Shown here piece after piece: positions 47,827-56,327 of a DNA stretch of 63,626 nucleotides. The DNA lies in the IMG/VR virus record IMGVR_UViG_3300023179_000017, positions 88,711 through 152,336 of that record. One strand, 5' to 3'. The notes below the pieces were generated by a model. It was not told where the DNA came from. It saw only the letters and a program-made list of their open reading frames with translations, and ran no database searches. Numbering within the stretch: the stretch's first letter is position 1; the number at the start of each line of letters is the position of its first letter. The position numbers and the translations under genes were made by a program. This stretch comes from a virus.

Positions 47827-49542
47827 TCATACTTCTCCTCTGATAGTTAGGTCTGAACTGTCTACCTCAGCCAAGAAAACCTGACCGTTTGTTTTTCTTA
47901 ATTCATCCACCAAGTCGGCGTTGTCTACGAAAAACATATTTAAAGGCCGTCTTGAGACTTCGTTTATTTTTGACGAAATTTGCAAGGCAACCTTCATTTG
48001 CTGTCCAGTAGATAAAAGGCCATACGGAAGGCCGCCAACAAGTACATGGATTTCGTCATCGATATACACCTTAATATCTTCCATTTCAAATACAGAAGAT
48101 TGCAGCTTCAACTCTTCCGAGGGAAGTAGCCTTAGCCCACCTTCTATTTTTTCTAATCTAGATATCAATTGTAAATTCGACTCGATTTGTTGTTGGAGCC
48201 CTTCGATATTTACCTTTGATTCTGCTATGCGTTTTTGCACATAGTCATACTGCGCCCTTGCTGATTTTAATTTATCCACAGCTAGCTTTACTTCTTTATA
48301 CTTAGCCTCGTCGAAGTTTTCTTCTGGGGGGTTAGGTATATCTGCTATCTGCGGAACCTCAACATCTTTAAGAGAAGCAAGTTGCAGTTCAAGGCGCTGT
48401 TTAACAGCAACGGTTCGATTGTTTTCCTCAACTGTTCTTAAGTAGTCAGCTTTCTTTCTATCGTGCTCTAACTGGGCTTGGTGGATCTCTTCTTGAACGC
48501 TTGCGTTGTAAGCAGAGACCTTAGCCAGTTCGTCATGATAGGCAGAAAGGATTTCTTCGTTTTTCTTTCTAACCCTTTCTTTATGTTTCATCCCCACGGT
48601 TTGACCGCAGGTAGGACAATGATCTGTTTCTACCGTCTGAGCTAAAGAAGGGGCTTCTGGCAGTGGCTTTTTCTTAGCCAGCAAAGAAGCCAAGTCCAAA
48701 GGTTCGTATTCTGGTCTTGCAACGATATGCAAAGAATCTATCTCAGCCTTAAGTTCACTTCGTTTTTGAGCTCTCATTTGGTTCTCTAAAACGATGTTGT
48801 CTCTATGGCGTCTGACGGTCTCAGATACGTTTCTTTGACTTAAATATTCTTTCCATTGTCCCTTTAGAATCTCAAGCCTAGAAAGGACTATCTCTTCATC
48901 TTTTGCTTCTGGAAACGGTAGCGGCTTTAAGGATTCTAGTTCTTTAATTTGGCCCTGAAGTATGGCAACGCCTCGTTCTAAGTCGCGCCGGTCTTTAGCT
49001 GCATAAGAAGCTAGAAGTTCTGCTCTCTTGTCAAAAGGGTATAATGAAAGCTCTTCGTTAGTTAGCCTAAACCCCACTATCTTTTCAAAGAGCTCCTTAC
49101 GGTCAACCTTCGGCATGACTTCAGCGATAACACGCTGCTGTCTGTCGGTAGATAACCCAAAGAAGTGACCAGGTAAAAAGATAGAAAGAAATAGGTCTGA
49201 GCTTCCCATCATTTGCTCAAGCTGAGATTGGGTAAGGGTAGTGCCCACCCCCTCTCTTGTGAGTTTAATGGTAGAGCCTCCCTTGCGATTAAGAGTTCTT
49301 ACAATCTCTGCCTTGTCTGTTTGAAGGGTGATGCGGCAACCCTCTTCGCCGCTTGAGATAAGATGTTGTGGGTTTCTTGTTCCTAAGGAGTCCGTACCGC
49401 AGAAGCCAAAGACGATAGCTTCTTTAATAGTAGACTTTCCTGACCCGTTGCGTCCTGTAATCCTATTCAGGCTTGGGCTAAAGCGATAGTTAGCTTTGGC
49501 TTTCCCCCTAAAATTTTCCATGACTATCTGTTTCAAAGCCAT
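47827..49542 (-). CDS. Rad50/SbcC-like ABC ATPase
   Basis: Walker A GRNGSGKST, coiled coil with CPTCG zinc hook, signature LSTGQ, Walker B FFVDN. Confidence 0.85.
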   Translation of the reverse strand: MALKQIVMENFRGKAKANYRFSPSLNRITGRNGSGKSTIKEAIVFGFCGTDSLGTRNPQHLISSGEEGCRITLQTDKAEIVRTLNRKGGSTIKLTREGVGTTLTQSQLEQMMGSSDLFLSIFLPGHFFGLSTDRQQRVIAEVMPKVDRKELFEKIVGFRLTNEELSLYPFDKRAELLASYAAKDRRDLERGVAILQGQIKELESLKPLPFPEAKDEEIVLSRLEILKGQWKEYLSQRNVSETVRRHRDNIVLENQMRAQKRSELKAEIDSLHIVARPEYEPLDLASLLAKKKPLPEAPSLAQTVETDHCPTCGQTVGMKHKERVRKKNEEILSAYHDELAKVSAYNASVQEEIHQAQLEHDRKKADYLRTVEENNRTVAVKQRLELQLASLKDVEVPQIADIPNPPEENFDEAKYKEVKLAVDKLKSARAQYDYVQKRIAESKVNIEGLQQQIESNLQLISRLEKIEGGLRLLPSEELKLQSSVFEMEDIKVYIDDEIHVLVGGLPYGLLSTGQQMKVALQISSKINEVSRRPLNMFFVDNADLVDELRKTNGQVFLAEVDSSDLTIRGEV

Positions 49543-49589
49543 AATGTGTCCTCCAACCAGTCGTCAACCAGTACGCATCCGCCTTTTTT

Positions 49590-49875
49590 CAAAAGTGGAT
49601 ACATTGTTTAATAAATAAAAACAAGCTCTTACTTAGTTTGCAGCCACTCAGCCACTATTTTAAGGCCATCACTGACATAAGAAAAGGAAAACACACGATG
49701 ACACGCAGTATATACGTAAATAAAATATATATATTACTGTTTATAATTATTTATGTATAAGTGGTTGTGTTCTTAATTTTTCATATCTTTTGTCACCTAA
49801 AAACAAGCACTTAAGTGTGCAGCCACTTGTCGAAAAAAAGTGGCTGCAAGTGGCTTAAAGCGGTTGTCGACAAGG
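49590..49875. other. candidate replication origin
   Basis: non-coding; AGCCACT/AGTGGCT repeats in both orientations around a very AT-rich core. Confidence 0.45.
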
Positions 49876-49926
49876 CGCACCAATGGCGTTAATGGTATAG
49901 AAAGAGCTTATTGTTTTGCTTATACC

Positions 49927-50178
49927 TTACTCGACGAGTTCTAGGACGGCGCGTTGTTTGTATTTGGAAGAGAAGGCGAAGAGGATACGTCGGACGGAGT
50001 GGATGTTGTTTCCTTGTTTGCCGATGACTTTTCCTAAGTCCTTCTTGCTGACGACGATTCGAAAGACAACCGTGTCATTAGACATATGGCTTTTCACTTC
50101 GACAGATCCTGGTTCATCCACCAGGGCGCCAATGAGATAGGTTAGTAATTGACAACCTTCGGTTTGAAATTGGTCCAT
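49927..50178 (-). CDS. khpA: KH-domain RNA-binding protein (KhpA-like)
   Basis: LVDEP..V, DLGKVIGKQG..I.S.R. Confidence 0.85.
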   Translation of the reverse strand: MDQFQTEGCQLLTYLIGALVDEPGSVEVKSHMSNDTVVFRIVVSKKDLGKVIGKQGNNIHSVRRILFAFSSKYKQRAVLELVE

Positions 50179-50298
50179 ATATTTTTTAATCTAAAAAAGG
50201 GTTAGTACTTCTCTATATAATTTATCATGTCTTTAATCCCGTAACAGCTAAAATAAAAGGGCATAGTTTATTTACTAACCTATTAAGGAGATAAGACC

Positions 50299-50412
50299 AT
50301 GATGGGGGGTTTAGCTATTGTACCTTTGATAATTTTTGGGGTGGGGGCGGCTGCGGGGAGCGCTTTGACAGGGATTGCTACCTGGCTATTTATGAAAAAG
50401 AAAAAGAAGTAG
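50299..50412 (+). CDS. 37-aa membrane peptide (not in ORF track)
   Basis: RBS AAGGAG; MMGGLAIVPLIIFGVGAAAGSALTGIATWLFMKKKKK; followed by a hairpin. Confidence 0.55.
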   Translation: MMGGLAIVPLIIFGVGAAAGSALTGIATWLFMKKKKK

Positions 50413-50446
50413 GGAGCCTTAATTTCTTAAGGCCCCTTATTTCCTT

Positions 50447-50890
50447 TTATTCGATTATTTTAAAAGTATCCAAACGAAGATCTCGGTTGAACATACATGA
50501 AATGCAATACCTGTTGGTTTCAAGCTGGAACTTTTTATAATAGTGTTTTACCAATTCTATTTTGGTTTCTTCCGATGCATCTTTTGGGAACTTGTTGTTT
50601 TTTTCCATTGAGTTATAAATGTGTCTTATTGCTTTTTTTAGAGTTTTTCTAGTTGCGAGTAACGCCCTTAAATTTGGGTTTACGATAGATTTGTGATGTA
50701 GAATTATTTTTTTAGCCTTGGTCAGCGGTGCAGGCCAAAACACAAACATAGGTTCGCCACACTTTTGACAATTCCCAACTATTTCACACTCAATTGGACC
50801 CATCGTGTGCTTGCCCGAGTTCTTTTTTGCTTTTTCTATCAGATCCCTATAATCAACATTGAACTTATCTCTTCTTTTTTTAATATCCAT
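50447..50890 (-). CDS. zinc-binding hypothetical protein, copy 1
   Basis: CQKCG...CISC; highly similar to 50954..51388. Confidence 0.7.
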   Translation of the reverse strand: MDIKKRRDKFNVDYRDLIEKAKKNSGKHTMGPIECEIVGNCQKCGEPMFVFWPAPLTKAKKIILHHKSIVNPNLRALLATRKTLKKAIRHIYNSMEKNNKFPKDASEETKIELVKHYYKKFQLETNRYCISCMFNRDLRLDTFKIIE

Positions 50891-50953
50891 GTGTATCTCC
50901 TCTGTTATAAAAAGAAGCGGTAATGCCGGACCATCCGGTACTCTCGTTTCCTT
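50891..50953 (-). repeat. cassette spacer A (AUGGU-loop hairpin, U-tract, RBS)
   Basis: member of a five-copy intergenic repeat family. Confidence 0.75.
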
Positions 50954-51388
50954 TTATTCGATTATTTTAAAAGTACCCAAACGAAGAGCTCGGTTGAAAT
51001 CACATGAAGTGCACCCGATGGTTTCAATCGCGAACATTTTACAATAGGATTTTATCAACTTGGTTTCTTCCGATGCATCTTTTGGGAACTCGTTGTTTTT
51101 TTCCATTAAGTTATGAATTTCTATTATTCGTTTTTTTAGATCTTCTCTATCTGCGAGTAACGTTCTTAACTCTGGGTTTACGATAGATTTGATAAGTAGA
51201 ATTATTTTTTTAGCCTTGGTCAGCGGTGCAGGCCAAACCATAAAAATAGGATCGCCACACTTTTGGCAATTCCCAACTATTTCATACTCAATTGGACCTA
51301 TCGTGTGCTTGCCCGAGTTCTTTTTTGCTTTTTCTATCAGATCCCTATAATCAACATTGAACCCATCTCTTATTTTTTTAATATCCAT
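50954..51388 (-). CDS. zinc-binding hypothetical protein, copy 2
   Basis: tandem paralog. Confidence 0.7.
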   Translation of the reverse strand: MDIKKIRDGFNVDYRDLIEKAKKNSGKHTIGPIEYEIVGNCQKCGDPIFMVWPAPLTKAKKIILLIKSIVNPELRTLLADREDLKKRIIEIHNLMEKNNEFPKDASEETKLIKSYCKMFAIETIGCTSCDFNRALRLGTFKIIE

Positions 51389-51450
51389 GTGTATCTCCTT
51401 TGTTATAAAAAGAATAGGGGAGCCAGAACATCCGGTACTCTCGTTTCCTT
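51389..51450 (-). repeat. cassette spacer B (hybrid of A and C/D)
   Basis: left half matches C/D, right half matches A. Confidence 0.75.
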
Positions 51451-51645
51451 TTATTTTTTTGATATATACATGCCCATTTTCATTCCAAGGGCGAGAATCG
51501 TGCCTGTTACTAGAACGCCAATCAATGATGATTTAAGCACGTTTAGTTTGGTCGCAAGGTACAGGAACTCAAACACCGGAAATCCGATGAGCATTATTCC
51601 AAATACCAGCAACCCCCAGGGGAACTGTTTTATTTTTTTAATCAT
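51451..51645 (-). CDS. small two-helix membrane protein
   Basis: hydrophobic ORF between spacers. Confidence 0.6.
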   Translation of the reverse strand: MIKKIKQFPWGLLVFGIMLIGFPVFEFLYLATKLNVLKSSLIGVLVTGTILALGMKMGMYISKK

Positions 51646-51707
51646 ATTGTTTTCTTTTGTTTAAAAAGAATAGGGAAGCCAGACCATCTGACTCCCCAAT
51701 TTGCTTT
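51646..51707 (-). repeat. cassette spacer C
   Basis: GGGAAGCCAG-ACCAT-CTGACTCCCC. Confidence 0.75.
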
Positions 51708-51917
51708 TTACTTTTTAGGTAGTGCGGCAAGTGCACATAAGAATGTGTAAATGCCCACCGTTCCTATAACGCCCGGTATAGCAATGCCGAGCAGTATCGA
51801 GCTCAACATGGACATGTGGAAGTGAGTGTGCAATACGTAGCCTGTAACTGCATATATTGCAGTCCACACTGCGAACATTATCGAACTAGCAATTATCGTA
51901 CTTTTATCGATACCCAT
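51708..51917 (-). CDS. small two-helix membrane protein
   Basis: hydrophobic ORF between spacers. Confidence 0.6.
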   Translation of the reverse strand: MGIDKSTIIASSIMFAVWTAIYAVTGYVLHTHFHMSMLSSILLGIAIPGVIGTVGIYTFLCALAALPKK

Positions 51918-51980
51918 TGTTTTCTCCTTTGTTATAAAAAGAATGGGGAAGCCAGACCATCTGACTCCCCGATTGGCTTT
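51918..51980 (-). repeat. cassette spacer D
   Basis: near-identical to C. Confidence 0.75.
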
Positions 51981-52085
51981 TTACTTTTTAGTTAGTGCGG
52001 CAAGTACACATAAGAATGTGTAAATGCCCACACAAGCGCCAATCGCTGCCGCTAACCCGTCTTGTCCTGTAGGTTTGAATGACAT
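51981..52085 (-). CDS. 34-aa chimeric membrane peptide (not in ORF track)
   Basis: MSFKPTGQDGLAAAIGACVGIYTFLCVLAALTKK; RBS AAAGGA. Confidence 0.55.
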   Translation of the reverse strand: MSFKPTGQDGLAAAIGACVGIYTFLCVLAALTKK

Positions 52086-52138
52086 AGTTTTTCCTTTCAT
52101 AAAAAACAAAGGACCCCACACCATGTAGAGCCCTTTAA
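52086..52138 (-). repeat. cassette spacer E (diverged stem, same AUGGU loop)
   Basis: minus strand AGGGCUCUAC-AUGGU-GUGGGGUCCU then U tract. Confidence 0.6.
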
Positions 52139-52156
52139 TGTCCGCTCTTCATAACT

Positions 52157-52300
52157 TTAAAAGATTCCTAAGAATTTCTTTTTAGGCTTTGAAGAAAAGG
52201 CATATTCCCAGAGTTCTTTCACTCCGAAGAATATTGCCGATGCTATGGCAGCGCTAACTGCCGTTTGTAGATTTTCTTTACCTTGTGGTCCTAGTTTCAT
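52157..52300 (-). CDS. 47-aa membrane peptide
   Basis: MKLGPQGKENLQTAVSAAIASAIFFGVKELWEYAF...; RBS AAGGAGG. Confidence 0.6.
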   Translation of the reverse strand: MKLGPQGKENLQTAVSAAIASAIFFGVKELWEYAFSSKPKKKFLGIF

Positions 52301-52314
52301 AAGTACCTCCTTAG

Positions 52315-52476
52315 TTAAGCAGTTTTAGTTTCTGCTTTAGGTTTTGGTGCTTCAACGGGTTTAGAATGGAACGCCCAATCCCAAACCTCTTTGATCGTCA
52401 AGATCACAATCGCAGTGATGGCTGCGCTTGTGGCTGTCTTGAGATGTTCTTTGCCTTCGTTTCCGAGCTTAAACAT
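52315..52476 (-). CDS. 53-aa membrane peptide, paralog of 52157..52300
   Basis: MFKLGNEGKEHLKTATSAAITAIVILTIKEVWDWAF...; RBS GAGG. Confidence 0.6.
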   Translation of the reverse strand: MFKLGNEGKEHLKTATSAAITAIVILTIKEVWDWAFHSKPVEAPKPKAETKTA

Positions 52477-52495
52477 AGTTACCTCTTATGTAAGT

Positions 52496-52524
52496 AAAAA
52501 GCCCCATATTGCTATGGGGCTTTT
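52496..52524. terminator. bidirectional-type terminator hairpin
   Basis: AAAAAGCCCCATA...TATGGGGCTTTT. Confidence 0.65.
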
Positions 52525-52534
52525 ATATAAGTGA

Positions 52535-52744
52535 TTAGCTAGCAGCTTGAGCAGGTTGAGAATCTTTCTTCTCTTCTGCTTTAGCAGGTTGAGAATCTTT
52601 CTTCTCTTCTGCTTTAACAGGTTGAGAATCTTTCTTCTCTTCCTTACCTCCGAAGAGGTAATCGTACGTTTTAATTCCGACGAACATTAGAATCGCACCG
52701 ATTGCTCCAGCGATTCCATCTCTTTGTGTAGGTTTGTATGACAT
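52535..52744 (-). CDS. membrane peptide with 3x EEKKDSQP.xA repeat
   Basis: one TM helix; 33-bp tandem repeats. Confidence 0.65.
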   Translation of the reverse strand: MSYKPTQRDGIAGAIGAILMFVGIKTYDYLFGGKEEKKDSQPVKAEEKKDSQPAKAEEKKDSQPAQAAS

Positions 52745-52761
52745 TGTTTTCTCCTTTGTTA

Positions 52762-52920
52762 TTATCGCTTTTGCGATAAGTTAGTTTTTCTCCAGATCAT
52801 CTTTTGATCCGAATCTTTTTCGTTTTTAGTAATTGCGTGAATTAGTACCAAAACGCCGTTAGAAACGGCGCAGATAATAAGTCCTGCAACTCCATCAGCG
52901 AATCCGTTATTGTTAGGCAT
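52762..52920 (-). CDS. 52-aa membrane peptide
   Basis: MPNNNGFADGVAGLIICAVSNGVLVLIHAI...; RBS GGAGAA. Confidence 0.5.
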   Translation of the reverse strand: MPNNNGFADGVAGLIICAVSNGVLVLIHAITKNEKDSDQKMIWRKTNLSQKR

Positions 52921-52986
52921 GGTGTATTCTCCACGTTATAGCGATCACATTTATTGAAACCATTTCAGTAAACGTGAGCGTGCCTT

Positions 52987-53646
52987 CTATTCTTTTTCTT
53001 CTGTGGTCGTAACAGGGATGGTGTTTTTGATTTCAAAAGCGTCATCAAGAGTCACCTCTTTTTTACGTTCTTGAATCCAAACTCCGTTGTTGAATCTGCC
53101 TTTGGCTTCATACCGTGTACTAGCTAACCCTGCTTTTACACGGGCTGTTGCCATCTCTTGTTGGCAGACGCTGTTGAACTTTGAAAGAGTTTTACTCATC
53201 TCTTTCAGAGTGGCAGCGTATTGACGAGCAGCTTTTAGCCTATCTAGGTAGAACTCTCGTTTTACAACTTTGAGTTCATCTGTAGATGTAAGCCCAATCT
53301 GCTCTTTAACTTCTGAAGCTGATTTCATGTTGTCGACTTCTGGTATTTCAACTGGTTTTCCGTTGCCCCCGAGCCGTGTATCAGCAACGTCTTTTCTGCA
53401 TTGGAAAAGCTCTTGATAAAGAAGCTCTAGTCTCCGTTCGTTATCGGAGTTTTCGATATCTTGAATCTTAAGCTCTGCTTCTGCAGTACGTTCTTTTTGG
53501 ATAATGACTTGGCGGTCGTTATCGACCCCAATCTTTTCATCGTCTATGTTCCCATAAACGGTGATGGCATTATCCACTTGCCTTACTTTGTAGTGGTTGG
53601 ACGAGCAAGCTGATATAATCAACGATAGTAATATGAGTCGTTTCAT
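52987..53646 (-). CDS. lipoprotein
   Basis: MKRLILLSLIISA-C lipobox. Confidence 0.7.
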   Translation of the reverse strand: MKRLILLSLIISACSSNHYKVRQVDNAITVYGNIDDEKIGVDNDRQVIIQKERTAEAELKIQDIENSDNERRLELLYQELFQCRKDVADTRLGGNGKPVEIPEVDNMKSASEVKEQIGLTSTDELKVVKREFYLDRLKAARQYAATLKEMSKTLSKFNSVCQQEMATARVKAGLASTRYEAKGRFNNGVWIQERKKEVTLDDAFEIKNTIPVTTTEEKE

Positions 53647-53757
53647 ACGTTCTCCTTTGATATGTAGAATTAAGTTGAAAGAGATCCTGCTAGTTACTTG
53701 CTGACCCGACCCCTTTTAGAAAGGAGCCTAGTCAACAAATAACTAGATTACACAATA

Positions 53758-53766
53758 CTTATACCA
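53758..53766 (-). promoter_or_regulatory. TGGTATAAG box variant
   Basis: CTTATACCA upstream of a structured leader and the cassette operon. Confidence 0.5.
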
Positions 53767-53805
53767 AAAAAGCCTGTATTTACGGCTATTTAGGGGGTTT
53801 TAGGG

Positions 53806-54147
53806 GTGTTTTTAAGGTTTTTTAAGGATATAAAAAGGCGCCAAGGGACCCGTAGGTCCTGGAAATGGCGGTGGGTCAGGGCCAGATATCTAGATATCTA
53901 CTCAGAATGTGCCGTCTGTGGGTCTACCAAAGCCCTAGAAGTGCACCATGTAGTGCCCATTCATGTAAATAAAACCCTAGAATTGAAGTTTAGTAACCTA
54001 ATTACCCTCTGTGAATCTAAGAAAAACGGGGTTAACTGCCATTTATTCTACGGTCACTTGGGGGATTACCGCTCTTTTAACAAGCATGTAAGGGCAGATG
54101 CGGTAAAATGGAGTGGAAAATTACGAAAAAGACCCTATAAAAAGTAA
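53806..54147 (+). CDS. HNH endonuclease
   Basis: CAVCG...LEVHHVVP...NLITLC...CH. Confidence 0.85.
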   Translation: MFLRFFKDIKRRQGTRRSWKWRWVRARYLDIYSECAVCGSTKALEVHHVVPIHVNKTLELKFSNLITLCESKKNGVNCHLFYGHLGDYRSFNKHVRADAVKWSGKLRKRPYKK

Positions 54148-54227
54148 ATAACAGTTGTATTGTTGTATATCAGAACTGTTCGTTCATCTCTTTTAAGCTC
54201 AGTTACAATCAAATTTTAATAAGGAGG

Positions 54228-55130
54228 ATGTATATGAAGGCATTTTTTGTCGTTTTGTGCTTTTTGTCGTCGTTGGTAAGAGCAGATATCGGGTTAATGA
54301 AGCCTAATCAGGACGCTGATAAGGCATTGAAAGAGGTTTTAGCTGAAAAAACTAATACTAGAGAGGGAAGTACCTGGGAAGCAGGGCCTAATTGGACGCT
54401 CAATTACAAGATTGAGACCATTACAGGGCTTAATGTACCTAAGGATTGGAAGAAAAACGCTGTGTTTGAGACGGTAAAGCTAAGAGAAGCCCTTCCTAAG
54501 TCTTGGGATTGGCGAGAAACCCTAGGAAGTAACCTTCCACCGATTAAGAATCAAAGAAGCTGTGGCTCTTGCTGGGCGTTTGGTACGGTGGCAGCCTTTG
54601 AATTTGCCTATTCGATGAAGAATAAGTCGGTTCGTCAGTTCTCAGAGCAAGAATTAGTTAGCTGTTCTAGCTATGGTAGCTGTGGGGGAGGATTTTTTGC
54701 CCACGGATATCATGTAAAACCTGGAGCAGCCCTTAGTTCTGACTTCCCTTATGTCGCTTCTAATGCCAGATGTAAGCCAAACCTAAAACATGAGGACAAA
54801 TTGGTAGGCTTTAAGTTCCTGGGGTCTAAGAATAAGAACCCAACGACCGAAGAATTAAAGGCTGCTATTAAACAGTATGGGGCGATACCCGTTACTGTCA
54901 CTGCAAACAACGCTATGAGTGCTTATAAGGGTGGTATCTTCACTGGTTGTACTGCAATGCCAACTAATCATATCGTTGCTTTAGTCGGTTGGGGCTATGA
55001 TGAGAAGACCAAGAAGGAATACGCCATCATGAGGAACAGCTGGGGAGAGAGTTGGGGCGAAAAAGGATATATGCGTATGCCTTGGGGATGTAGCAGACTT
55101 GGGGAAGATGCCACTTTGGTGGAATACTAA
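54228..55130 (+). CDS. papain-family (C1A) cysteine protease with signal peptide
   Basis: Q.SCGSCWAF, SEQELVSC, NHIVALVGWG, RNSWGESWGEKGY. Confidence 0.93.
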   Translation: MYMKAFFVVLCFLSSLVRADIGLMKPNQDADKALKEVLAEKTNTREGSTWEAGPNWTLNYKIETITGLNVPKDWKKNAVFETVKLREALPKSWDWRETLGSNLPPIKNQRSCGSCWAFGTVAAFEFAYSMKNKSVRQFSEQELVSCSSYGSCGGGFFAHGYHVKPGAALSSDFPYVASNARCKPNLKHEDKLVGFKFLGSKNKNPTTEELKAAIKQYGAIPVTVTANNAMSAYKGGIFTGCTAMPTNHIVALVGWGYDEKTKKEYAIMRNSWGESWGEKGYMRMPWGCSRLGEDATLVEY

Positions 55131-55883
55131 ACTCCTATATGCACAAGATATGTCCTGAATGTCATTGGGGCTACTTGTTAGATCATCCTGATAAGTCTTT
55201 ACCGTTCTATAAGAAGTGCCCTGTCTGTGGATATAGCGTACAAGTTAAAAAAAAGGAGGGGACTGTTATTGTGTCCCCTCCTCCTTGCCCTCCTGAGGAG
55301 GGTGATCTGTAGTATTTGTCTCTTTCTCCATAATGACTTTATAGAGAGCGTCTTTTGTACCTGTATAGACGACTTCGTATTTGGGATTTTTATTTAAGCC
55401 AGATGTTATTTCGGCAACTGGCTTTACGTATTTATCTACGTTGTTCAATGTACCTCCGTTAAAGATATCCCGACCATCTCACACCAGTCTTGTATATTGG
55501 TTATGTATTTAGTTTTTTCTTCATCTGTCATGCCTGGGTCTTTTTTAAGGTCGGTAATATGCTTAATGATTTCTTCTCTGGTGACTAGTTGATAGCTTTT
55601 GACTGGATAGCCCTCAACTGTCATCCAGGCCCCGTTCCTAAAGATGATTTCGTGGTCGTCGCTATTCCACTGAGTGATGTGCCCGTCTCTAATAACCGCA
55701 TCGCCCTCTTTAAAAGGCTTTGGGGTCAGGAGCATCATAATGTCGTTAGTCACGGACTCGAGTCTATCCCCTATAGAGAAGCGCTCAATCAGTTCATTTT
55801 GCTCAGCGCTTAAGTGCGCTGGGTCTAGCATCGACACTAGATCATCTAGGTTGAATATGGCTTTATCTTTTTGACTCATTTTA

Positions 55884-56327
55884 TCACCATGAAGACATGT
55901 AGTAGTATTGCCCATCCGGTGTAAGTCTACACAGCATAGCTAAAGTGTCAGCTATCCCTTTCCAGTAGTCGTCATCCATTTCAGTAGATCCTAAAAAGAA
56001 CCCCTCTGCTGGGGGCAACAAGTTTGGGTTTTTGTCTGCGAGCGCGTTGAGGCAGGTATCTTTTAATTCCATAAGCGTTTCGTAGCTTACTACGTACTTT
56101 CCACAATCATCGATCCCGCACTGTACGTGCGTTACGAACCAGTTGTGGATTTGATTGCATTTTCTCCATGATCCTACTTCTTCGGTAATGTCCATAACTT
56201 TGGACAACTGAATAACAGAGTTTTGTTCTTCAAATTTATCATCATATATTTTTACTTCTATTTTTTTGTCTGGGTTAGCCAGCGGATGCAGCCTGTGCTT
56301 TTTAATTAACGTCATATTAAGATCCAT
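55884..56327 (-). CDS. conserved phage hypothetical protein
   Basis: WRKCNQIHNWF...GFF.GS...Y...YYYMSSW pattern. Confidence 0.55.
   Translation of the reverse strand: MDLNMTLIKKHRLHPLANPDKKIEVKIYDDKFEEQNSVIQLSKVMDITEEVGSWRKCNQIHNWFVTHVQCGIDDCGKYVVSYETLMELKDTCLNALADKNPNLLPPAEGFFLGSTEMDDDYWKGIADTLAMLCRLTPDGQYYYMSSW

Noticed and set aside
50891-52138. Repeat-spacer pattern as a CRISPR array or integron attC array
   Set aside because: Intervening units are 100-440 bp intact genes, the repeats contain an RBS and U-tract, there are no GTTRRRY/RYYYAAC ends, and no cas or integrase gene is in the window
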